A stretch of 64,000 nucleotides of DNA from Felis catus (taxonomy: Eukaryota): assembly GCF_018350175.1 (NCBI RefSeq), contig NC_058368.1, forward strand, positions 2,480,001-2,544,000, written 5' to 3'. The position numbers were made by a program, and so were the translations under genes. This document shows, in pieces, positions 51,686 through 64,000 of the stretch. The notes under the pieces were generated by a model that worked only from the letters and a program-made list of their open reading frames with translations, was not told the origin of the DNA and searched no databases. How positions within the stretch are numbered: position 1 is the first letter of the stretch; every line of letters starts with the position of its first letter.

Positions 51686-53670
51686 AAAGTGTTAACCGTG
51701 CTTATCAAGATTAAGTTTAGATACTTTATTTTCATATGTAGCTCGTAATCGTTTTATCCACGTCGTTGAAGAAATTTCTTTCTTTGGGGTTTCATTTACT
51801 TTGTATTATTCTTATTCTTTTTTCTAACGTTCACATAGTAGCAAATGCATCAGGCTGTCACAGCCCCAAAATGTCTACCATCAGAATCGTGTTTTCAGGA
51901 TTCAAGCACTGTTTAAAAAAACATCCGTGTCAGCATATGTATGGAATGGAATTATTAGTTGATGGTATTAGGGCTGATTAGTATGGAAGTGGGTTGTTAC
52001 AGTCTGGCAGAGAGAGCGGGCCCTGAGAGAGGTAGACACAGTCATCTGTGTGTTACAGAGAGGAAGGGACAGCAACACTGGTCACTTTCTAAGAGAGCAG
52101 GGCCATTTATGTATTGGGTGGAAAAGCTTGGTTCCAGACAAATCTGGGCTGGCAGGACTACAGTTGGAGTTAGAAGCTGGAGACCCAAGAAGTAGGGGGG
52201 ATGCTACAGACAAACTTGGTCTACTTTGCGATTTTACACAGTGCTCCTCTGTGGGCGTTGGGTGGGGTGGGGGTGTAGGGGCACACGAGCATTGCCTGGG
52301 GGCGCGGGTGAGAAATTCAAGAGTTCCGGTATCATTTCTCTTCAGCGTTGCGTGTTGTCTGCCTTATGCGCACGTCCGGCTTTCCCGTCGGGTGTGAGTG
52401 CTCTAGGACATTGCTGACTTTTTGTTTTCTTGGCAAGACTTGGTTTTTCTCCCAAGTGAGTTCTCCGAGGGAGAGCTTATGATGTAGGGTTAGCTGGTCA
52501 GGCAGACATTCGTTGATGAGCCATGCCTATTGCGGCCACCGCGGGGGCCAGGACAGCGGCGGGCCCCACAATGCCAGGCAGTGGCAGGCAAGACACCTTC
52601 CAGGACGGGATCACCCGAAGATCTCCCGGGGAGAGGAAAGCAGGGGCCCCTGGTGCCGAAGTGAGGTCTTCCGCCATGCCGCATCTCTTCCTTGAAATAG
52701 CAGCCTCATTCCCTTGGCTGCTTCTGGAAGCATTAATTCAGTCTGCGTTTCTGATCCGCTGCCCCCACCTTCTCTGCAGTGGGCGACTGATGCAGCACAT
52801 TTTATTTGGTTTCTTTCCCCGTTTTCCTCCACTGCAGTTTCTTTTTCCATTTCCTGTTCAGCGTGTCCTTCCAGAGCTCTTGTGGATACCTCTGCTTTCT
52901 GCATTTCCATGTTCCGAGACTGAATCACCAGAATCTCAGACCCAAAGAGACCTCAGGAATATCTTAGTCCGGTTCCCTCGTTTTACGGATAAAGCAAACG
53001 AGGCCCAGGATTATTAATCAACCCGCCCACCGCGCCCAGATTGTGTGCGTGTGTTTGCGGAAGTCTGGCATTCCGTTATGTAAGGAAATTCTGTGAACCT
53101 TTCAGTTCTTCCGAAATAGTCTTTGGGCTTATACTGTCATTCTGTTGGTTCGCCTTTCAGTTTCTCTGATTTTATTCCCACAAGCCAAGTTCTTAATGTA
53201 ACCCGTTTTCGTCTAGCGTAAAAAACCTGAGGCCCATTTTTCTTTTCCGATTCCGCTCCCTACAGTATATCAGATGGTTATCATGGAAACACAGCAGTTG
53301 GATTCAGTTGTCTTTGTGTTTTAGGATCCCTTATTTCCTTCATTTCCCCTCCCAGCTCTTCGGCTGGATGTGTTTCTGCCGTTGTCTGTCAGTCTAACTC
53401 TTCAAGGGCATCCTACCCTTGGCTCTTGCCTCGAGTGCTACCTCGTGCGAGGTTCCTTCAGCTTTTGCAGGTGTTTGTGTCTTTTCAGTGGTCACCGGAG
53501 GACATACTCCTCTTACCAGATAATTATCTATGGTAAGAAATGTTACCTGTGATTTCTTTTTCCTCTGGTGTTCCAAGATCCTAAAACAAGTTTCATGAAT
53601 TTTTCCTGTAAGGTTCTTTGTGGAAGCATTAAATGTGCATCGTCTCTTCGGGGATACAGGCAATAACATT

Positions 53671-53890
53671 TCTTTTTTTTTAAATTTTTTTAAATGTTTA
53701 TTTGTTTTTGAGAGAGACAGAATATGAGCGAGGTAGAGGCAGAGAGAGAAAAAGAGACACAGAATGTGAAGCAGGCTCCAGGCTCCGAGCTGTCAGCACA
53801 GAGCCCGATGCGGGGCTTGAACTCACCAACCGCGAGATCATGACGTGAGCCCAAGTGGGACGCTTAGCCGACTGAGCCACCCAGGCGCCC
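53671..53890 (-). mobile_element. CanSINE (felid SINEC)
   Basis: TSD AGGCAATAACATT/AAGCAGTAACATT. Confidence 0.93.
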
Positions 53891-56319
53891 AAGCAGTAAC
53901 ATTGTTTAGAGTGAATATTGGACTTCTCAAATTTAAATCCTTGAGCAAGGTCTTCTTTCCCCTTAGGATTACATCTCTGGAAATGTATTACAAGTTTACA
54001 AGCTGGTATGATTTGCTAAACAAATGTCCGTGTCTCTAGGCAGCTTCTGAGGAAGGCCCCTAAATTGTCTCGCCTGTCCACGGCAGGTTCTGTCCTTGCT
54101 GGCGGGCATCGTTGGTGCCAGAAGGCTGGTGAGCGCACAGCATAGAAGGTGTCTGTGTGCCCCTAGATTCAGACTGGGACCCGGCTTTTGAATCCCCAAA
54201 TCCCCAAGTAGCTTCTGGAGAGAAGGTCACTTGTGTTTGTTTGGTTTGCTTTAGTCTCTGGTGGGGAAGGAGAGGAGAGAATGTAGGAGTTCTTAATTTT
54301 CTATATGTTTTGATGAGACAGAATGAAAAATTGCCCGCCTACTTGCTTCATTTTGTTTAGATTGACCAGATACAGCTATTTCAGTTCCCACAATCCCAGT
54401 CGTGGGCACGAAAGCAGGCCCACCCGGAATAGTGGGGATTTTAAAGAGTTTTGGAAGATGGGGCTTAAGGGGAGCCATATCGAGGGCACAAGGGGATATG
54501 GCTCTGAACTGGAGCTTCTAATAAAATAACAAATAGTGCCCTCCTGCCTATTCTCCTCTGTGTTTGTTGCTTTCTGTCTATTTGGGGACTTCTCCCAGGA
54601 GAGAAGAGTTAAAAGACCTGGCTTCTTATTAATGGTCCTTTAGTCATCGTATTTAATCACGCCGATCCTTGCAACAACTCCCATTAAGACTTTACTGCTA
54701 GATTATTAATGAGGAAGAGTACATCTGTGCGAGTAATTGTGGTCGAGGGAGGTTTAAATGCCATGACTGTAATAAACGGGAGATATAAGAATGAGCGATT
54801 GCATGAAATCATTAACTTGTAAAGTGTTTGGGAACTCTACACTCAGGTTAGTTTCTGTATAGTCACTGACCTCGGATTAACGTGCCGGGCTAGCTTACGC
54901 AACCGGTTTAAGTGACCCATTGAGTTGAATACAGGCAACCATTTGGATAGGTGGGTGAAGCTACACCGTATATATTTACGTATATATAGAAATACGGATG
55001 GCTAGAATGGCAGCACAAAGCCTATTTGTTTTCCATGAGAAGAGCTGAGCCGCGAATTTTGAAAAATTCTGATTTCAGTTTTTAAATGGGTATAGATATG
55101 AATTGGGCCTAATAATAGCCATGTGGATGACACATTTTCCAATTGTCTAATATTTTAAAGTGGTGTCTCTATGAGTTTATGTCTTATGGCGTTCCTGAAC
55201 ATTCTCCAGGGTGTGCTGTAATTTTCACATTATTATCTCATTCTTTGGTTTTAATAGGATTCGTAAAAGTTTTGAAGTTTTAATTTCAGTTTTTCCCACT
55301 GCTTAGAATTTGATGATATAAAATGAAAAGAGGTTTCCATAGTTGCTAACATTCACCAGATTTTGTTCCAAAGCATGGGCTTCAGTAGACTTTTGAATTA
55401 AATCCGCATTCTCCACCCAAGCCTAGTGATATAATCCAACAGTTCAAAGATAGGTATGCCATAAACAGCTATCGTTAAATAATCTAAAAAAAAAAAAAAA
55501 TTAAAACATGGAAATACAATAAAACAAGAATTGATCACTTTATAGTGGAATACTCTATAAACCGTCTGCATTGGAAACATGTGGTGAGTTTTAAAACATC
55601 TGACTTCTATAATTCTAAAGTGTACAGTTGAAGGCAGAAATTTTTTTTTCTCCTTTGCACATATAGGAGAATAAAGGTTAATATATTTGTGCTGTCCCGA
55701 TTTGCACTCATTTGCTTATTTTCAATTTAGAAAAATCACTGCGGAGTACAAATACATAGGAATAGTCACCTCACTAAATATTTTGTCACCGAGTTCTAAA
55801 GTGTGAGCATATAGAGAGCAACTCTGTAAAGTCTGCTGGTTTATCTGTCCAAAACAGAAGTCACATGTTAACGTAATCCCAAATGAGAGGAAGAAATTTA
55901 AAAGCACATACGTGGTATAAAAAAGTAACGAGGTCTTTAATTCTTCAAGATCATTTTAATTTTTAAGGTATGTCAGTTCATCTGAGCGGCATCATACTAA
56001 GTGTGTAACAATTATAGGAGCTGAAAGGTGCCAACGGTTTGCGATGTAATGTCGGCACAGTCTCATTTAACTTGTTAACTGAAGTCATGCAGCCCTTCCG
56101 TATAGGGGGCAATTGAACTCTTAACCATCACAAAAAATGCTGGCTATAGATGAGACTGTTTTAACTGGAATAATTTACTTTATTTTCTGGGTTGCCTAGA
56201 AAGTTAGTTACGTGTATATAAACAATGCTATAATAGCCTGCTGGGGGAAATAGAGCAGTGTTTTCTGAGTACTGAAAAGGCTAGTTCAGTTTCTTATTGT
56301 TTTTTAAACGTTTTTTTCA

Positions 56320-56536
56320 GGGGTGGCTGGGTGGCTCAGTTGGTTAAGCGTCCAACTTCAGCTCAGGTCGTGATCTCACGGCTCGTGAGTTGGAGCCCCG
56401 CGTCGGGCTCTGTGCTGACAGCTCAGAGCCTGGAGCCTGCTTCGGATCCTGTGTCTCCCTCTCTCTCTCTGCCCTCCCCCCCACCCCCCGCTCATGCTCT
56501 GATTCTCTCTCTCTCAAAAATAAACATTAAAAAAAA
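56320..56536 (+). mobile_element. CanSINE (felid SINEC)
   Basis: Full head, CT tract and aataaacattaaaa tail. Confidence 0.93.
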
Positions 56537-57179
56537 TTTTTTTTTGTTTTTTTTCATATGTTACAAAACCCTCTTGAAACATGTAGAACAAGAACCTTTT
56601 CAGAAATACTGACAACAAATGTGTCCCGTTGCTAGATTGTGATGTCACTGTAGAATTTTGTTCATAATCTCGGTTTTCTTTCCATCTCCATGCATTCCTC
56701 TTGCAAAGCCAATTGTGTTTTCTAAAAGTTATATTTTCGTTGAGGTGAAGAAGAAAGGACGCTCAGGAAGCCTCTACGAGTCTTAGAGTAACGTTGCCGC
56801 ATGGAATTTCTGAGCCTCGTCTGTGAGCTCGGGCCTTTCCCCTGCGTGGCCCGCCCTGAGGCCTGGTCCTTTGGAAACAGCATCCGAAGCCTCCCTGCGG
56901 GAGGGGGTCTGGAGGAATCACACTGCTTAGTGAAAAGCAAAACACATGGAAGGGACTGGGCTCCAGCGTGCAGCGCCTCCAGCAGGGCTCCTGGAAACCT
57001 CTTCCTGCGGTGGCCCCATTACCATAAGGAGATCCCGTGGCCTTGACCACGGGGCGAGTCATTTCACATCTGGGCCTCCCCGTCCCACATAGTTAATGGG
57101 AGAAGTTGTGTTCGCCGTTTCCTAGACTGCGTCCCAGGAGTGAGAGGTGATGATGTGGACTTTATGTCAGCAACCCCCA

Positions 57180-57400
57180 TGGTTCCTGGAGCACCTCCTC
57201 TGTGCCAGGCGTGTTCTGGGGCTGGATTTGTGATAGCCCTGCCTCCAGATGCTGTTTACTAACCCGCCTTACAGATGAAGTTGCGAGACTCGGAGAGGTT
57301 AAGTGAGTAGTTGTAAGTGCCCCGCAGCTAGTGAAGGACGAAGCTGGGATCTGCGTGGACCTTTGATTCCACAGCTGGGCTACTCTGTTCACCACCATGC
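57180..57400 (-). mobile_element. MIR
   Basis: ttacagatgaag...gagactcggagaggttaagtga...cagctagt...gctgggat. Confidence 0.7.
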
Positions 57401-57441
57401 AAGCTCCCTATACTCTGCTGAGGTGATGTGTATGTGTTCCT

Positions 57442-57654
57442 TTTAAAAAAAAATTTTTTTTAATATTTATGATTTTTGAGAGAGACAGAGCGTGAGGGGG
57501 GGACGGGGGAGAGAGAGGAGACACAGAATCCAAAGCAGGCTCCAGGCTCCGAGCTGTCAGCACAGAACCCGACGTGGGGCTCGAGCCCATGAACCATGAC
57601 ATCATGACCTGAGCCAAAGTCGGATGCTCAGCCGACTGAGCCACCCAGCGCCCC
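57442..57654 (-). mobile_element. CanSINE (felid SINEC)
   Basis: TSD TGTRTGTGTTCCT. Confidence 0.93.
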
Positions 57655-59569
57655 TGTGTGTGTTCCTAATCCAACAAAAGCCATCGTATTATAGGTTTGA
57701 TAGGTCTATAAAGCAGACATGGAGTAGTGCATAAGTCATGTTTCCAAAAGGACAAAGAAGTGTTTTAGTTTGTGAATAAAATGTCTGTCAGGTGATAGGA
57801 TTTCCTGAGGAAAAGAAAGCTTCATTTGAATTCATTTTTCAGTTAGGGAGGAGAGGGGAAAGTGGGTAATGGGCTTTGAGGAGGGCACCTGGGAGGAGCA
57901 TCGGGCCAATTTGACGATAAATTATAGTAAAAAAAAAAATAAATTAAAAAAATGAATTTGGTTTTCATGGTTTCTTTCTCTCTCTTTTTTTTTTTGTAGA
58001 GTTGGAAGTTCAGTATGCAGGCTTTGTACTCTGGTCCATTTTATTAAGTAAAAGAAAAAAACCAAAAAAAAAAAAAAAGCTCACCATAATTTGTTTAGAA
58101 AATTTACTTAATCACAGCAAACCCAAACCAGACATTTTTAGCCAGTGGTAATCTTGTCTGTGTGGAGAATATTTATCATACGGATGGAAGTAAAGCCTAA
58201 AATAGCTGGTAATGTCTTTAACACACTAGTTTGATTTCGCCAGTCTTAACAGAGATGAAAGAAATCACACGCGGCCTTGTCCCCCAGCGCAGAAGCACAG
58301 AGAGGGTAGGGGTTGCTGGGGTTTTCTCGGAAGAATGTGCCTCTGGTTTCCGTGTGGACTGAAGCGAAGGGCTGTCTGTGGGCAGGGAGCCTCTCCTGGC
58401 GCCCCGGTGGGGTAACCCAGCCAGGGGGGAGCCACAGAGTACTTCCCACTCCCCACAGTTCACTTTGTCCCTATAAACGCGGCGTCAGCCTTCCCAAGTT
58501 TCCCCATCGCTCCCCACGTTGACAGAGGCGTCGTTTTTTTCTTTTGGCTTTTCCCCCGTCGGACTTCGCGAAAAACATGTCCAATGAGGTGACGCTGTGT
58601 CACAGACCCTTCCGGTGCCCGGAAGAGCGCCTATCTGGAGTGCAGGCCCCGTGTGGTTTCCCGTGGGTTCTAAGCCTTCGGTGCATTCAAAAGCGGGGAA
58701 GCCGGCCTGCCACTGGCCGCTTCACCTTGTCGCATCCTCTCCGTCTGTCCCTTCCTTTGCTCTCCTGACTTCCTCCACAGGGAGGAGCCCGGGGCTGCTG
58801 CCCGTGAGCTCAGGGCACCAAGTGGCGTCCCAGGTGTGGCAAGGGGAAAAGGACATCTGTACTTTGGTTGTGCCTGGTTCGCTGTCCTCTGGGTCTGAAT
58901 GCGAATGTCAGAAATGGAAGGACGTCGGACGCCTTCCTGGGTTGTGCTGCGTTAAGCCTGTGCACGGACACGGGTTGGTCGGGTTGTTTCCTTATTCATG
59001 TGAGGTGCGGGGGGGGGGGGGCAAGAGCAAGGGGGACAGTTTGAAAGATCGCTCTGTGTTTGTTCTGTAAAAGTACCATCTAGGAAGGTATTGGTTTGAA
59101 AAACTCGAGTCCAGTGGTGACAAGGGCAGAGAGGCTCTCGGATCCTGTCGCCTTGTTTCTCCAGGGGACAGCTTGTATGCCTGGGGTGTGCTCACGGTTT
59201 GGGGGAGTGACGCGTCCCTTGTTTCGGGTCACGGCTGCTGCCCACGAGACACGTGGAGGACCCTGCCGGAGCCCCGGGTTGTGGGGTGAAACGGGGCCTA
59301 GAGTCTCCTAAATCTCAGGCGAAGGGAGGGGTACAGCACAGTTGTGAAAATGCGGAAGCTTTCGGCTTCGGGAACGTCGGAGTGCCAGCTTTTCTCTCGG
59401 TAGCCGCGTGCCCGAGAACGTGGCTTTTTAAGCTGGGTGTGCGCGGGGAGGGTCTTCTGAGTTCCAGGAGGTGGGAGGGCTTCAACATTGGTTTCCACTT
59501 CTTTGTATTCAGGAAGACTCAAGTCACACCGAAAGCCTTGTGTCTTAAAAGGCGGACTGGGAATTAACT

Positions 59570-59715
59570 GCCTCAGAACTGCCCCGAGGGCCTGTTAAAA
59601 ATGCCTATTTCCAGACTTTCTGGATCCGAATTTTAAAGGATTGGGGATTGGAAATTTGCATTTTAAAGAAGCATCCCAGGTGATTCCTCTGTAAGCCTGA
59701 AGTTTGAGAGGCACT
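59570..59715 (+). mobile_element. MER5-family fragment
   Basis: ttaaaaatgc...atttgcattttaaagaagcatcccaggtgattc...aagtttgagaggcact. Confidence 0.65.
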
Positions 59716-59953
59716 CTTACAGAGTAGTAAATGAGCACTACTGCGGTTGTCAAGAAGGTTGGTCTACACGGCAAGTGCTTTATAAAACACAGTAAAGGTG
59801 GAGCAGTTATGTGAACTTTTGGCTTCAGCTGAGGCTCTCCCCGCCATGACGGTCCGCATCCTACTTGCTGTGATAAAAATGGGAACAACTCACAGCCTTG
59901 GTTGTCCTTTGTCTGTTAGACTCATTGAAATCATTTGGCATATGAAAAAATCT

Positions 59954-60181
59954 TTTTTTTTTAACTGATTTTTTTTTTCAGCGTTTATTTATTTTTGGGA
60001 CAGAGAGAGACAGAGCATGAACGGGGGAGGGGCAGAGAGAGAGGGAGACACAGAATCGGAAACAGGCTCCAGGCTCTGAGCCATCAGCCCAGAGCCCGAC
60101 GCGGGGCTCGAACTCCCAGACCGCGAGATCGTGACCTGGCTGAAGTCGGACGCTTAACCGACTGCGCCACCCAGGCGCCCC
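59954..60181 (-). mobile_element. Young felid CanSINE subfamily, 243 bp upstream of exon 3
   Basis: Perfect 18-bp TSD TGGCATATGAAAAAATCT (59936, 60182). Confidence 0.96.
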
Positions 60182-60343
60182 TGGCATATGAAAAAATCTA
60201 AGGAGAAAACGTTTGCGATCTTTCACACTTTACTCACCGTGAGGAACAATTAGAACGTAGTTAGAGTTCTACTCTAACTCCCTGTGTCCCGATGGTCAAA
60301 ATGGGCTAAGTCAGTATTTTCTCTTCAGAGTTATACCGCGTAG

Positions 60344-60670
<327 letters not shown>

Positions 60671-61270
60671 CAAAGACAATTTCTTCACTTGAGCCCTTAA
60701 AAAAAGTAACCACTATAAAGGTTCCACGCGGTGGGTTCTTCTCGATTAGCTGGGGGGTCACCCCAGCTCCACTGTTGCCAAACTTTGCCGCATGCATGAT
60801 GTCCGATGGAGGCTTGGACGGGAACATGCTGATTCTGTTCTGCACTTACAGGCTGGTCCTCCCGGAGGCCGGCCGCTGCCCACTTGCTCGATTTCTTGTG
60901 CGAGGAGGAGAGGGAGACCGAGCGGGGGTGCGAGTGTGTGCGTGGATGAGTAGCAGGGGGAATTGAAGAGAGAGGCAGAGAGGACAACGGCCTGATGCAT
61001 GCTGGGATTTAGACGCGCTTTTACATTTTTGATCAGTTGTACTTCATCCTGTATCCGCACAGCCATACTTCGACTCATCAGGATTGGGGCTGGTGGCCTT
61101 CGCAAGGGCACGCTGCGTTTTCAGAGGTGTGGAGGGTGCAGTCTTACTTCGGAGACTTTTTCAGTTAATGCTCGCTGGTGCCACCCCAGTGAATCGAAAG
61201 CAAAGACCTCTTAGGCAAAAAACAAAAAAACAAAAAAACAAATACAAAACAAAACAAAAAAAAAAGTTAA

Positions 61271-61345
61271 ATTTATTTATAGAAATTCCAAAGGCAACAT
61301 TTTATTTATTTTATATATTTATTTATTATATAGAGTTTATTTTTA
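61271..61345 (+). promoter_or_regulatory. AU-rich element in the FGF9 3'UTR
   Basis: Five ATTTA pentamers (61271, 61275, 61304, 61317, 61321) and two TTATTTATT nonamers (61302, 61319). Confidence 0.8.
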
Positions 61346-63228
61346 ATGAAATATGTACAGGCCAGATAGGCATTTTGGAAGCTTTAGGCTCTGTAAGCAT
61401 TAAATGGCAAAGTCCGCTACGAACCTGTGGTAAATTCATGCAAGTAAATAACGGTGCATGGATGTGAGAAATTCTAATGACCCTAATGTACTAAAGGCGA
61501 CAATCTCTTTTGTGCCCGTATTATTGTAAACTTATGCACATCATTCATGACACTGAGTATTCACTCTTCAGACTGCTTGTTTCATAGCTTATCCCAGAGG
61601 ATTAAAGAAAAACTGGGTCTCAAACTTTTATTCTGTGTCTGTAATATTTCCTCTCTCATTAAGTGACTTATTCCATCATTGTAACTTCACGGTTGGAAGA
61701 TATAAGGGTTGGTATATATCCTACGTGTTTAAATCTATTGCAGAATATACCAAAGCTAAACAATAACTCTGCTTTTGTTTTAGTTGATCTCCAGGACAAC
61801 AGGTCTAACATCAAACATTGTACTGATTTAGATCCTCAAAAACGGGGGAAAAAAAAAAAAGAAAGCCTACACAGAACAGATTTTTTTTTTTTTTTAAAGG
61901 GACAAGAGTCAGATTAAACAAGGATAATTCTTGGAGAATTTTATTCGTGCACTTGGCTCTCAAACATGAAATGATACGAGTACCAGGGGGGTCACTGTAA
62001 GATCTTTTATAGAAAATTGCTTTCGGTGTGAACCGTCCTAATACATGGTAATAGAATCCTTCAAGTAAAACTTGCAAAACGAAACTAATAAATCTTCATC
62101 CATAATGACAATGAGGGGGAAAATATTTTACTTGTTGACTGTGTTTTGTTTTTAAAAATGGTCTTCACAAGCGCTCAATTTTTTTAGAGGGGAGGTTACT
62201 ATATAGAATATCTTTTACGAGGCTTTTATAACATTTTATGCTGAAAAGCGTAAGAATACATATTTCTTTAGTAGCAATAATTTTGGAACTTGCCCTTGGG
62301 CAAGGAAGACTATTTCTTACTATATACTAAGGAGAAAAGAGCCAAATTCTTAAAGCAATATTTAAGAAAAAGGAATTTATAACAAATTCTCATACCACAT
62401 ATAACACTTTGTAGCGTTATGTTGGGACATGGAAAGTGACAGTTAAAAAATGGGTTGGGATTTATGTAACTAATTTTAACATTGAGTATTCCAACTTTGT
62501 TTTGCTCTGATGCACATTCTTTATGGAAAATAAAAGTATGTCCCTGTCGAGTGAAAGCTGTTTTCCAGTAGAAGTGCATGACGTGTTGCCACGAGCACAC
62601 GTGGCCCTTCTGTGGTCCAGGTTTGAGCGGGTAGCAGAACCCTCCTGCTGATGCGCATTAAGGAAAAACCAAGTCTAACATTTGGAATGAACAAATATTT
62701 GGGGGGGGGAGGGGACAGAAGCAGTGTAAAATAGTTGATTTATGATAAACTCAGAACGTCCTCTTCATGTCTTGTTTTGTGTTTCTCTCTAAACGGAAAC
62801 TGCATTTAATTCCAAGATGTAGTATTCTTATTTATGACTCAACCCGTGGCTGCTGCTGAAATGTGCACATATTCAGGCTTTAGTTTTCCCAAAAGGCATT
62901 TAATATTTTTGGCTGAAAACATTAAACAAACATCTGACCACAGGGAAGAATCAAGTTTGTAGGATGTCACAGGTACAATACTTAGCACCGAAGAGACTGA
63001 TTTTAGGAGGTAGCCAAAAGTGGTCTTAAAGTAGCCTGAGATGCTAGGTATTCGGCCTAAAAGAAAGCAACCAATTTGTGGAAAAAGACTAAACTCTCCA
63101 TGCATTCCTACAAAATGCTACTTTAACGTCTACTTTTGGAGTCACTTTGTTTTGGTAGCTTTTTCTTTTCTTTTCTTTTTTTTTTTTTTAAGAAAAACAA
63201 AATGTTACATGCTTTTGGCGATGGATAC

Positions 63229-63259
63229 AATAAACTGTAATGGTCTGTAAATAAATAAA
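63229..63259 (+). terminator. Polyadenylation signal cluster (three AATAAA)
   Basis: AATAAA at 63229, 63250 and 63254 with interspersed TGTA motifs. Confidence 0.65.
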
Positions 63260-64000
63260 CATTGGCTTCTGCAATTTATGTAAATAAGTGTTCTGGGACA
63301 GTAGATGGCTCAGGGTTTGGGCGTGGGCATCGTCCTGTGGGGCTTCAGAGCAAGTGGGTTTGCATCCGGTTCTTGTCGTAAGAGACCCAAAGCCCATCGG
63401 ACGGCTGCTCCGAGCCACTGTGGAGTGGGTGGTTCCAGTTTTCAGAAACAGATGCTCAGATGGCCACACCACGACCTTACTGGTGGCAACGCTTGCACCT
63501 TGGTCAGAGACTTAATGGGCACGGGCTGAACCACCCTCCCATCTGTCATGTGAATGTCCCCAGGCAGTGTGAAGGGCATGCCAGGTCAGTGTTGGGGAAC
63601 CTGTCCCTGCCAGGTCCTGTTTTGTAGAGAAACGAATGGCTTTAGTTTACGGTGTTTTCCTTCTATTTCATCTCATTAACACTACAACATTGTGTCATTT
63701 ACTTGATCATCTGTAATTGTATGTAAATACATACAGGATTATGTAATTTGTGTAAATACATAATTACAGACTTTTGAAAACTGGTATTTTTTACTCGATG
63801 TCCATTTCGGAGCTGCTTCAGATTATGTGCCTACACGAACCGATGGAATTTTAAAAACATGCTCTCCTTGTTCTTCCAGCTGTTGCGTGTGTATTGAGGG
63901 GATGGGGGCGTGGGGGGTTGGGGGGGGAGGAACAAACACCTCCAGATGTCTTTTCTTTTCCGTAGGCGTGAGATGAAGAGGCGAGCGATCTGGGAGAAAG

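Larger units (their letters stand above)
60671..63782 (+). other. FGF9: FGF9 3'UTR (approximate distal end)
   Basis: AU-rich stretch free of interspersed repeats after the stop codon, with AATAAA at 62087, 62529, 63229, 63250 and 63254, and a UGUA/AATACA cluster at 63712-63760. Confidence 0.7.

Noticed and set aside
54810..54990. AmnSINE1-like ancient SINE tail
   Set aside because: Only short word matches (ttgtaaagtgtttggga, gtgggtgaag), in the wrong order; cannot be supported without an HMM search.

Overview
This is a mammalian genomic window from a cat-family (Felidae) genome, judged from the felid-type CanSINE tRNA-derived SINEs and a carnivore L1. It holds one protein-coding gene, FGF9, on the + strand. 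The three coding exons (29171-29447, 38131-38234, 60425-60670) total 627 nt and encode a 208-aa protein. The gene has a CpG-island promoter, a long 5'UTR rich in upstream ATGs, and a ~3.1 kb 3'UTR with an AU-rich element, miRNA seed sites, Pumilio elements and several polyA signals. The rest is intergenic or intronic DNA with about 21 CanSINEs, L1/L2/MIR fragments, two MLT2 LTRs, hAT and Tigger DNA transposon fossils, and microsatellites. Most other ORFs in the track are artefacts of repeats or GC-rich DNA. The most notable observations are four. (1) A 33-nt U2 snRNA 5' fragment with its own target-site duplication (TSD) is nested in the inverted arm of a twin-primed L1. (2) An inverted CanSINE pair brackets FGF9 exon 2. 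(3) An 810-bp polypyrimidine tract ends in CAG ahead of a possible 18-nt stop-containing microexon. (4) The reading frame is open upstream of the FGF9 ATG and encodes a hydrophobic stretch. I see no clear evidence of a wholly new biological system. Repeat family names are from recalled consensus sequences, not from a database search.
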